Part shown: positions 25,807-33,316 of the stretch, one piece after another
Layout: every line of letters starts with the position of its first letter
Numbering within the stretch: the stretch's first letter is position 1
Assembly (NCBI GenBank): GCA_021791395.1
Contig: JAJYWR010000013.1
Span: forward strand, 21,384 to 85,383
Length of the DNA: 64,000 nucleotides
Origin: a bacterium
GTDB lineage: Bacteria; Patescibacteriota; Minisyncoccia; UBA6257; GWB1-50-10
Direction of reading: 5' to 3'
The notes under the pieces: generated by a model
Databases searched by the model: none
Told to the model about the DNA's origin: nothing
What the model saw: the letters and a program-made list of their open reading frames with translations, nothing else
Position numbers and translations under genes: made by a program

Positions 25807-26175
25807 TCACTCCGGCAATTTACAACCGCTCGCTCCGGAAAGCGCTTCGAGCGTCTGGGTTCCCACCAACCGCTGGCCGTCCGGTTCGATCCAGGTCGGC
25901 ACGGCCTCGACATTGTCGGCCGTGCATTTCTGCGGATCAGTCGAACACTCGACATAATTCACGTATTTGAACGAGCTTTCGAAAAGCTGTTTCTCGGCCG
26001 TACAATGCGGACAAGAAGAGAGCCCGTACATCGTGAACCCTTTCGCGGTGAGACACTCGGCGAACGCGTCGAGCGTATTTCCCGATTTCGGCCGGTAGGC
26101 GAAATAAACCGCAATGCCGATGACGACAATTAATACCACTAAACCGATCGTAGATATTTTTGTTTTATTTTTCAT
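25807..26175 (-). CDS. Membrane-anchored thioredoxin-like protein (VKOR-associated Trx-domain type)
   Basis: TM anchor, then MYGLSSCPHCTAEKQLF...YVEC...VPTW. Start refined to MKNKTKIS (26175); the upstream part of the ORF is hairpin repeat sequence. Confidence 0.65.
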   Translation of the reverse strand: MKNKTKISTIGLVVLIVVIGIAVYFAYRPKSGNTLDAFAECLTAKGFTMYGLSSCPHCTAEKQLFESSFKYVNYVECSTDPQKCTADNVEAVPTWIEPDGQRLVGTQTLEALSGASGCKLPE

Positions 26176-26209
26176 TATTCCTGATTTTTCAATTTTATAT
26201 TTTACAACA

Positions 26210-26315
26210 CCTCCGGGGCGCCTCACGGGTGCCCCGGAGGTAGGGCCCTCGGGAGCCCTTCGGCTCCCCGAGGGCCAGTGACAATGAGGGCGTCCGAGGA
26301 CGCCCTCATTGTCAC
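26210..26315. repeat. Cluster of three GC-rich hairpins (the first is a family A copy)
   Basis: 26210-26240 cctccggggcgcctcacgggtgccccggagg. 26243-26276 gggccctcgggagcccttcggctccccgagggcc. 26278-26315 gtgacaatgagggcgtccgaggacgccctcattgtcac. Confidence 0.8.
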
Positions 26316-26815
26316 TCTTCGCAGCAGTTGATGAGCTCAGTCATGATGCTTTCGAAATCAAGCGGCTTCCCCTCTTCCTTGGCCTTCTTGATGTTCGACG
26401 CGTCGACGAGCTTCAGGCGAAGCGCCCAGAAGAGCGAATACAGTTTGAACGCTGAATCGTAGGCACTCCTCGCTTCTTCCCTCCTCTTCGATGAATCAAG
26501 CTTGGTCCCGACTTCGATCAAGCGCATCGTCGCGGCAAGCAAATGCTTCGAGATGCACCAGGTTTCTCCTTCATTCACAGGCATGAGCTTGGCAAGCAGA
26601 TCCTTCCGCACATTCCGCACCTCTTCCAAGAGATCGAAGTATTCGTCTTTCTTGGTTTTTTCGGCCGTGAAGAAAAAGTGCTCTTCCAAACTCACGAGGT
26701 TCATGATGCCAATCGACAAATCTTCATCCGTCGAAAGATCCAACTTGTGGTCGAGGTGGGCTTTCTTGATTTTCTCGAGAAGCTCCTCCCATTTTTTTCT
26801 TTTTGCTTCTTCCAT
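26312..26815 (-). CDS. Hypothetical helical protein
   Basis: 167 aa, charged and helical. No recognised domain. Confidence 0.5.
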   Translation of the reverse strand: MEEAKRKKWEELLEKIKKAHLDHKLDLSTDEDLSIGIMNLVSLEEHFFFTAEKTKKDEYFDLLEEVRNVRKDLLAKLMPVNEGETWCISKHLLAATMRLIEVGTKLDSSKRREEARSAYDSAFKLYSLFWALRLKLVDASNIKKAKEEGKPLDFESIMTELINCCEE

Positions 26816-26955
26816 AGTAGTAATACCTGTCCCAAAATTAGCATTATTTGCATAACCTCATCCGCAATTTTCGCATTATATTCGGGGGCTTGAGCAGAAT
26901 GCGAAATAACGAATACTCCATACGAATGCTACGAATGATAATTTCAAGAAAGGTT

Positions 26956-27690
26956 CTAGAAGAAGATGATAACGGCCGCAAGCGCGATCATGATCGTTCC
27001 CACAACAATCCGCGTCGCGCGGCCGTTTTCTCTTCTTGCTTTATCGACCTTTTCCAAAACTTCTTTATTGCTCGCAACGACCAAAACCACCATGAGTGGC
27101 AAAATAAAGATCAAGTTGTAAAGGATCAAGTACCCAAGGCCCGCAAACTCCGTCGCCCGATCGTGCAGGAGCCCCAAAACGAAAAGATACGGGCCTCCGA
27201 CGCAGGGAAATTCAAAAAGGCCGACAAGAATACCAAGCACAAAGGATGCGACAAGCGATCCCCTTTCGATGAAACGAGCAAGCGTCCGGTGCGTCGACTC
27301 CGGCATCTTGAGGCGGACGGGAAACTTTGGGAAGATGCCGTCAGCAATCTCGATCGCGCCGAATGCGACAAGTATGACGGCGACGATCTTCGACAAAAAA
27401 TCCGGAATGCCGAAGAGCGTCAAGGCCCCCAGAACGCCGAGACCTATCAACACATACGTCAAGAATATTCCGAATATGTAGAGACCACCCGCCGCAAGAA
27501 CATCAACGCGCTCGCGGCCCAAACCGAAGAGAAAGGTAACCGTAAGGAAGAGTACCGAGAAAGCGCACGGATTCAAGCTGTCGACAAATGCGGAACCCAC
27601 GAGGAGCGGCACAAAACTGCCGGTCCAAAAGAAAGATCCCACGAGGAGCGCACACACAACGACTAAAAATACCAATAACCCCTTTTTCAT
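26956..27690 (-). CDS. ccdA: Cytochrome c biogenesis protein CcdA / DsbD-family thiol-disulfide transporter
   Basis: Six-TM protein with the two conserved Cys motifs DSLNPCAFSVL and EFPCVGGPYL. Confidence 0.75.
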   Translation of the reverse strand: MKKGLLVFLVVVCALLVGSFFWTGSFVPLLVGSAFVDSLNPCAFSVLFLTVTFLFGLGRERVDVLAAGGLYIFGIFLTYVLIGLGVLGALTLFGIPDFLSKIVAVILVAFGAIEIADGIFPKFPVRLKMPESTHRTLARFIERGSLVASFVLGILVGLFEFPCVGGPYLFVLGLLHDRATEFAGLGYLILYNLIFILPLMVVLVVASNKEVLEKVDKARRENGRATRIVVGTIMIALAAVIIFF

Positions 27691-27734
27691 AAAACCAACA
27701 AAAAATAAACCGACCTTGAACTACAAAAGCCGAC

Positions 27735-28088
27735 CTATTTTGTGGGGCTCGCTTCGTGAAGCGAAAACCAGAAGGTTATTTTTTTAAAAACGAGATCGGA
27801 AAGTTCCTCGATGTCAGCCGTCGTATAAACCGCCGTCGATCTATCCACAACCGGCAATCCGACAAAAAACGCCGCCCCAAACACAACGAAGAGGATGACA
27901 ATGACCGCAAATGCGGAACCGGCAAGCGCTCCGTTCCCCGAGGATGCGGACGACGCAAAAACGCCGTTCGTCAACGGACAAGCAAAACCGCAGGAAGAGA
28001 TCCCGCCGAGCATCTTGAAATTCAAAAATCCAAAAACCGCCGATCCAAGGAACAGCATCAAAAGGACTATGACGGCAACCTTGAACAT
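27735..28088 (-). CDS. Hypothetical membrane protein
   Basis: MFKVAVIVLLMLFLGSAVFGF, plus a second hydrophobic segment. An alternative TTG start lies at 28142. Confidence 0.45.
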   Translation of the reverse strand: MFKVAVIVLLMLFLGSAVFGFLNFKMLGGISSCGFACPLTNGVFASSASSGNGALAGSAFAVIVILFVVFGAAFFVGLPVVDRSTAVYTTADIEELSDLVFKKITFWFSLHEASPTK

Positions 28089-28310
28089 GATCTTGGATCC
28101 ACGCTTCGTTAGAATACTAATACAGTTTAGGTCTGGAGGCAAACAAAAATCCCGTTCTTGGAATTATTCCCGGTTGATACCAGGTGGGTCTTCTCAGTCC
28201 GACCCTTAAGAAGAAATAAATCCTCTGTCGAGCCGGATCAATTCGAAGTCCCAATGAAATTAAACAATCCGGAATTCACATTGAACGGGACACCTTTATT
28301 ATATCACGCT

Positions 28311-29384
28311 CTAGAGATCCAGCACCTTGACTACTTGATGTAAGAATGACACAACGACGGGAGCCGGAAGCAAGCTCACGGAAGGCTTGCCGTTGTCGTC
28401 TGAAACCACCCATGGCTCCTCAATAACGTTCACTTCCTTTTTTGCAGGATCCCACTCGTAGCGATAGCCAGGCGTCACTTCGTAGTCATCGACATATTCC
28501 CTTGCGACGTCCGCCGGGATCGAATTTCGGAGATAAATTTTCGGCACGCCCTCAAGTTTCAAAAGCGTCCGCATAACGGCATCGTCTACTTCAATGCGGT
28601 CGCGGATCGCTTCGATGCCGAGCTCATCACCTTCTTTCGGCACCATGCGCTTCCCGCCGCATGCCGGATTATCGCACACAAGATAAAATTTCTTTTCTGC
28701 TTCATCATATTCAATCTTCTTCGTCCGCAGGAGTTTTAAATTGCGGGGCGTATGGCAGACGGGGCAAACGACGCGGTACTTCATCCGCTCGTCGATGATT
28801 GGTTCCGGCAGATCGATAAACGCCAAAAAATCCGGATCGTCCCGGTATCCCATAAGTTCGCGGAAGTACAAGGAGTACGAGACTTGATCCAAGCTCCGGG
28901 GAAAGCCGTCCACGAAAATCGCCCTATGCTCACTCTTCGCAATTTCCCGTTCGACGAGCGCGAGAATGAACTCGGTCGGCAGAAGCGATGACGTCGAGCG
29001 GCCCGACAAGGCGTTGAATGCTTCATCAAGCGACATCGTTCCCCGATACTTTTCCTTAAGATAATTCGCCAATTCTTCTTTTTTTGCCGGATCCTCAATG
29101 TCCTCGTGCGCGGCGCGCACGATATCGCCGACCGACACGTGACGCAAATGCTCCGATCCAACCGCTTCCATGAAGAGCTTCGAATATGTCCCCTTCCCCG
29201 AGTTTTTCTTCCCGAGAAGGATTCCCAAAAACGAGTTTCCTCCGTCCAGATATTCCTTGATCTTTTCGATCTCCGGACCGGCTTTCGCGGCAAAATACTT
29301 CTTCCGCTCCATCGGATCATCCAGCGCAAACGTTTGGTTCGACTCGCTCTTCGTCTTGAACAATGGGAATTCAAAATCTTTCAT
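28311..29384 (-). CDS. Adenylate-kinase-family protein, atypically long, with a Cys4 lid
   Basis: P-loop GKKNSGKGT, VDGFPRSLDQ, and lid CPVCHTP...CDNPACGG, with extra N- and C-terminal regions. Start refined to MKDFEF (29384). Confidence 0.6.
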   Translation of the reverse strand: MKDFEFPLFKTKSESNQTFALDDPMERKKYFAAKAGPEIEKIKEYLDGGNSFLGILLGKKNSGKGTYSKLFMEAVGSEHLRHVSVGDIVRAAHEDIEDPAKKEELANYLKEKYRGTMSLDEAFNALSGRSTSSLLPTEFILALVEREIAKSEHRAIFVDGFPRSLDQVSYSLYFRELMGYRDDPDFLAFIDLPEPIIDERMKYRVVCPVCHTPRNLKLLRTKKIEYDEAEKKFYLVCDNPACGGKRMVPKEGDELGIEAIRDRIEVDDAVMRTLLKLEGVPKIYLRNSIPADVAREYVDDYEVTPGYRYEWDPAKKEVNVIEEPWVVSDDNGKPSVSLLPAPVVVSFLHQVVKVLDL

Positions 29385-29441
29385 GGTTTTGTTTTTTGTT
29401 ATTTGGTTTTGTTTTTTTTCGACGTGGATCATATGGCTGCA

Positions 29442-29487
29442 GCGCATCTCCCGTCGGTATCGACTTCGTCGAACTACGGGACTGCGC
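29442..29487 (-). terminator. GC-rich compound hairpin ~10 nt after the aspS stop (no U-tract)
   Basis: Minus strand reads GCGCAGTCCCGT-AGTTCGACGAAGTCGATACCG-ACGGGAGATGCGC, followed by an A-rich leader to the next ATG. Confidence 0.4.
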
Positions 29488-29496
29488 TTACCCTGC

Positions 29497-30903
29497 CTAT
29501 TCTTTTTGTTCAATCTTAATATGAAGTTCTCTCAATTGTTCCTTGCTTACCTCTGATGGCGCTTGCATCATGAGGTCCCTGCCGTCGCCGGTCTTCGGGA
29601 ACGCGATGACCTCGCGGATGTTTGGCTCTTCCTGAAGAATCGCGATCAATCGGTCGAGGCCTGAAGCAATCCCGCCGTGAGGCGGAACCCCGTAGGAAAA
29701 TGCCTCAAGGAGGTGACCGAACTTTTCCCGCACGTCCTCCGGCTTGTTCCCCATAGCCTCGAAGACGGCGGCGAGGAGCTCGGGATCCGTCGTCCGAATG
29801 CTGCCGCCCGCAACCTCATAGCCGTTCAAAACGAGATCATACTGGAGTGCCGCGATTTTTTCCGGAGCTTCGTTGAAGAGCTTCATAAATTCGTCTTTGT
29901 CCTTCACATTCGGCTTGGTGAACGGGTGATGAACCGCATCCCACCGTTTCTCCGTTTCTTTCCACTCGAACATCGGGAAGTTCACAATGAACGCAAAGGC
30001 GAGTTCGTTCGGATCTTCTTTGTTGTCGCGGAGATCCGGCTTATCGGAGTTGTAGGTTGCCATCACATCGACATAATTCAAGCGCGGGAATGGAGACCAT
30101 TTGATCTTCTTTTCCGGATACAGCTCTTTCACCATCTTCGTATAGAGATCTTCGATGAGACCCAGAACTTCGTCCTGTGATGTGAAGCTCATTTCGATGT
30201 CGAGCTGCGTGAATTCCGGCTGCCGGTCACCGCGCGTGTCCTCGTCGCGGAAACACCGCGCAATCTGAAAATACTTTTCGAGGCCCGCGACCATCAAGAG
30301 CTGCTTGTACTGCTGCGGCGACTGCGGAAGCGCATAGAATTTGCCCGGATAGAGACGGCTTGGGATCAAATAGTCCCGGGCGCCTTCCGGCGTCGATTTG
30401 CCGATATCCGGCGTTTCTACTTCCACAAAATCCCGTTCGGAAAGATAATCGCGGATGAATTTATTGATTTTCGCACGCATCACGAGGTTTCGGCGCATGC
30501 GCGGTCTCCGCAAATCGAGGTAGCGATATTTCATTCTTATCTCTTCCCCGATTTCCCGTCCGTCACTCATAAGGTCGAATGGCGGCGTTTTTGCTTCCGA
30601 AACGATCTCGAGCCCCGTCGCCTGAAGCTCATGGTACCCACCCGGGATTTTGGGGTTTTCCATTCCCGCCGGCCGTTTGCCGACGATTCCATTTATTTTC
30701 ACCACCCATTCCGGCCGGAGCTTCTCCGCGAGCGCGTGGAGATCTTTGTCTTTGGGCGTAAAAACGACTTGCATGACCCCGGTCCGATCCCGAAGATCGA
30801 TGAAAATCAATTTCCCGTGGTCGCGCCGAACGTCCACCCAGCCCGTGAGCGCAATTTCCTTCCCTTCGTAATCCTTGACATCTCTCGACAAAACCCTATT
30901 CAT
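29497..30903 (-). CDS. aspS: Aspartyl-tRNA synthetase, bacterial-type motifs but lacking the GAD insertion domain
   Basis: OB-fold N-terminus, motif 2 FRDEDTRGDRQPEFTQLDIEMSF, and motif 3 GGIASGLDRL. About 468 aa. ATG at 30903 is preceded by TACAAT plus 8 nt. Confidence 0.85.
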   Translation of the reverse strand: MNRVLSRDVKDYEGKEIALTGWVDVRRDHGKLIFIDLRDRTGVMQVVFTPKDKDLHALAEKLRPEWVVKINGIVGKRPAGMENPKIPGGYHELQATGLEIVSEAKTPPFDLMSDGREIGEEIRMKYRYLDLRRPRMRRNLVMRAKINKFIRDYLSERDFVEVETPDIGKSTPEGARDYLIPSRLYPGKFYALPQSPQQYKQLLMVAGLEKYFQIARCFRDEDTRGDRQPEFTQLDIEMSFTSQDEVLGLIEDLYTKMVKELYPEKKIKWSPFPRLNYVDVMATYNSDKPDLRDNKEDPNELAFAFIVNFPMFEWKETEKRWDAVHHPFTKPNVKDKDEFMKLFNEAPEKIAALQYDLVLNGYEVAGGSIRTTDPELLAAVFEAMGNKPEDVREKFGHLLEAFSYGVPPHGGIASGLDRLIAILQEEPNIREVIAFPKTGDGRDLMMQAPSEVSKEQLRELHIKIEQKE

Positions 30904-30926
30904 TACAGGGAATTGTACCCGAAATT

Positions 30927-31826
30927 TCACCACACCGCAAACACGCCGACGTTTCCATCGGTTGTTTTTTTCACTTTAATAATCCCCTTCTCGTCGGTAC
31001 GGAAAACTCGTGCGCCGACCGTGCTCAGAGCAGATACTACCTCCCTCGACGGATGTCCGTAAGAATTTTTTCCGACTTCAATCACTGCAATAGTCGGAGA
31101 AAGTGTGTTGAAAAATTCCTCCGACAACGACCCCTTCGAGCCGTGATGGGCGACTTTCAAAACATCTACGCGGCCGATGCGTCCGGCAAGCATTTCTTCA
31201 ATATTCGAACTTATATCACTCATAAAAGCCGATCTCATGCTCTCCGCATCTACTTCAACAATAATCGCTGAATCATTTAAGTCACCTCCAGCGAGGAGTG
31301 CCTTGTCGGGAGAAACGACGTAAATTTTCGTTCCGCCGATCGTCATCCGGTCGCCTTCTGCGATGACGAGCAAAGCTATGTTTTCTTCGTCTAAAACTTT
31401 CTTGAAAGCCTTAAACGTTTCCTTTCCGCTCTCGATGCCATTCCACATAAACAAACCAACGCGGTAGTTCTTTACGACATCCATGAGTCCGCCGAAGTGA
31501 TCAACCTCGGCATGCGTCATGATGATGACGTCGAGAGAGCGGTCAAGAGGAGAAAAAATTGCGTCCAATGATTCCAGGACCGCGGAGTTTACCGGTCCTC
31601 CGTCGATCAAAATCTTCGCTCCACTTGCCGTTATAATAAGCTCACTATCCCCTTCGCCAACCGGCAAGAAGTATTCAGAGAATGAATCTTTCCCGCCAAT
31701 CACACTGAAAGAAAGGGTACCGACCACGACGATAACTAAAAGAAATGGGGAAAACTTTTTAAAATACCCGTCAATGAAGTCAACGACGATCCTTAATTCC
31801 CTTGCGCAATCCTTTTTCTTCTCCAT
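30927..31826 (-). CDS. comEC: ComEC C-terminal metallo-beta-lactamase domain protein (separate ORF with its own TM anchor)
   Basis: LPVGEGDSELIITASGAKILIDGGP, HAEVDHFGGL, VAHHGSKGS, YGHPSREV. Start taken at MEKKKD (31826). Confidence 0.7.
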   Translation of the reverse strand: MEKKKDCARELRIVVDFIDGYFKKFSPFLLVIVVVGTLSFSVIGGKDSFSEYFLPVGEGDSELIITASGAKILIDGGPVNSAVLESLDAIFSPLDRSLDVIIMTHAEVDHFGGLMDVVKNYRVGLFMWNGIESGKETFKAFKKVLDEENIALLVIAEGDRMTIGGTKIYVVSPDKALLAGGDLNDSAIIVEVDAESMRSAFMSDISSNIEEMLAGRIGRVDVLKVAHHGSKGSLSEEFFNTLSPTIAVIEVGKNSYGHPSREVVSALSTVGARVFRTDEKGIIKVKKTTDGNVGVFAVW

Positions 31827-33208
31827 GCAATAAGAGCAATGAGACAACCGTAATACACCGCCATAAGCCACGGATTGAACGGCAGTTGAACCATGGCATG
31901 CAATCCCCCAAAAAACTCGATGGTTGCTGTTTCGAATTTAAGGAACGGGAATGCAAGAAATGCCGCACCGAGAGCAACTGTCCGTGACACGAATCCGAGA
32001 AGCGCTTCCACAAATCCAAATGCCATGGTCACCGGTATGAAACCTAAAACGAGAACATTCGAAATGATGGACAGCGGTGAAATCGACCCGAAACTTGCTG
32101 CGATAATCGGAAGAACCGCCGCTTGAGCAGCGAATGTCGACGATATATTGCCTTTCCAATCCATGAAACTCTTGCTGAATGGAGGTCTTAAATACATGAT
32201 GCCGAGGAAAGCCGCGAATGATAGCTCGAAACCGACGTCAAAAACGAGCAGTTTCGGATTCACCGTCAGCATAAAAAAAGCGGCAAGCATGATAATATTC
32301 CTCGAATCGAAGAAGCGACCGCTCTCAGTCGCAAGGAGGACAAGAAATCCCATAATAGCTGCGCGAACGACCGATGCTTCGGCACCGGTCATGACAACGA
32401 AGAGGAAAATAGCGAATGAGGTAACGCCGAACGCCCATATCCGTGGCAACAAGAGCGAAAAAGCCGCCATGGCGCCGATCACGACGAGCGATATGTTGTA
32501 ACCCGAGAGCGCCACGAGATGCGTCGTGCCGCTCGACTGCATAGCAGCAGTGAAATCTTCCGAAAAACCGCCGCGGTAGCCGAGAAGGAGACCAGACATG
32601 AACGCACTTTCTTTTTCCGGCAGCGTTCTTTTGAAAGTATCAATCACTCGACCTCTCACCCCGAATAAGAAACGCTGCAATCCGCCGCCGGACGACACTG
32701 AAACGATTGCCGGAAAATTTGACGTCCCAATGATTCCTTCTTTCGCGAGATAATCAGCATATCCTCCCGCTGCCGGTCGCTCTATGACTCCTTTCAATGA
32801 TACCGCATCGCCAACCGCGACTGGCGAATACTTCCGGAGCATCACGAGCACTTTCCCGCCCCGGTCGAGTTTAACTATGGCTTTTGTCGATGAGTAGTCC
32901 GACGTTTCCATGTCGATAATCTTCCCGAGGAAAACATCATCCACGTCGTACCTGACAACCGACGACGCTCTCAAGTTCATATCAAACGCTTCTGCGTAAA
33001 ACGCTCCGCCAAAGACAAGGAGGGAAAGAAAAAGAAAAACCAGGTATTTCTTTTTTCGTTTCCAAAAGAAAAATGCAGCGGATACAACGGCCAAAAAAAC
33101 GGTAACGGCCAAAATGATCCAACTAACATGGATGCTCGCAAGGAAGATGCCAAAGATGAAAAACGCAATCCCGAAGAAGAGGATGTTGTACGCCGGCATT
33201 TCCCTCAT
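31793..33208 (-). CDS. comEC: ComEC/Rec2 N-terminal part (DUF4131/OB region plus competence membrane domain)
   Basis: Polytopic membrane protein with the typical ComEC layout (YLAKEGIIGT, TGAEASVVRAAIM). Ends before the MBL domain. Start taken at MREMPAYN (33208) because the upstream codons are repeat sequence. Confidence 0.7.
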   Translation of the reverse strand: MREMPAYNILFFGIAFFIFGIFLASIHVSWIILAVTVFLAVVSAAFFFWKRKKKYLVFLFLSLLVFGGAFYAEAFDMNLRASSVVRYDVDDVFLGKIIDMETSDYSSTKAIVKLDRGGKVLVMLRKYSPVAVGDAVSLKGVIERPAAGGYADYLAKEGIIGTSNFPAIVSVSSGGGLQRFLFGVRGRVIDTFKRTLPEKESAFMSGLLLGYRGGFSEDFTAAMQSSGTTHLVALSGYNISLVVIGAMAAFSLLLPRIWAFGVTSFAIFLFVVMTGAEASVVRAAIMGFLVLLATESGRFFDSRNIIMLAAFFMLTVNPKLLVFDVGFELSFAAFLGIMYLRPPFSKSFMDWKGNISSTFAAQAAVLPIIAASFGSISPLSIISNVLVLGFIPVTMAFGFVEALLGFVSRTVALGAAFLAFPFLKFETATIEFFGGLHAMVQLPFNPWLMAVYYGCLIALIAWRRKRIAQGN

Positions 33209-33237
33209 TATAGAGTCAAAAAACCGCTCTCTTTTCC

Positions 33238-33315
33238 AGTTTATCCCCCAAAACTTCCGCCCTCCGGTCTCCCTCAAAAATTCGAGGAGAGCGGGGGTCG
33301 GAAAATGGGGAAAAA
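33238..33315. repeat. Dispersed repeat family B, locus D
   Basis: Sequence gtttatcccccaaaacttccgccctccggtctccctcaaaaattcgaggagagcgggggtcggaaaatgggg. Confidence 0.65.
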
Positions 33316-33316
33316 C

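Noticed and set aside
29442-29487. tRNA-like or small-RNA gene, because of a nested hairpin with a TTCGA-containing loop.
   Set aside because: It has no cloverleaf, and no acceptor stem or anticodon arm of proper length. It sits 10 nt after the aspS stop, like the other terminator-like hairpins. I found no convincing tRNA or rRNA anywhere in the window.
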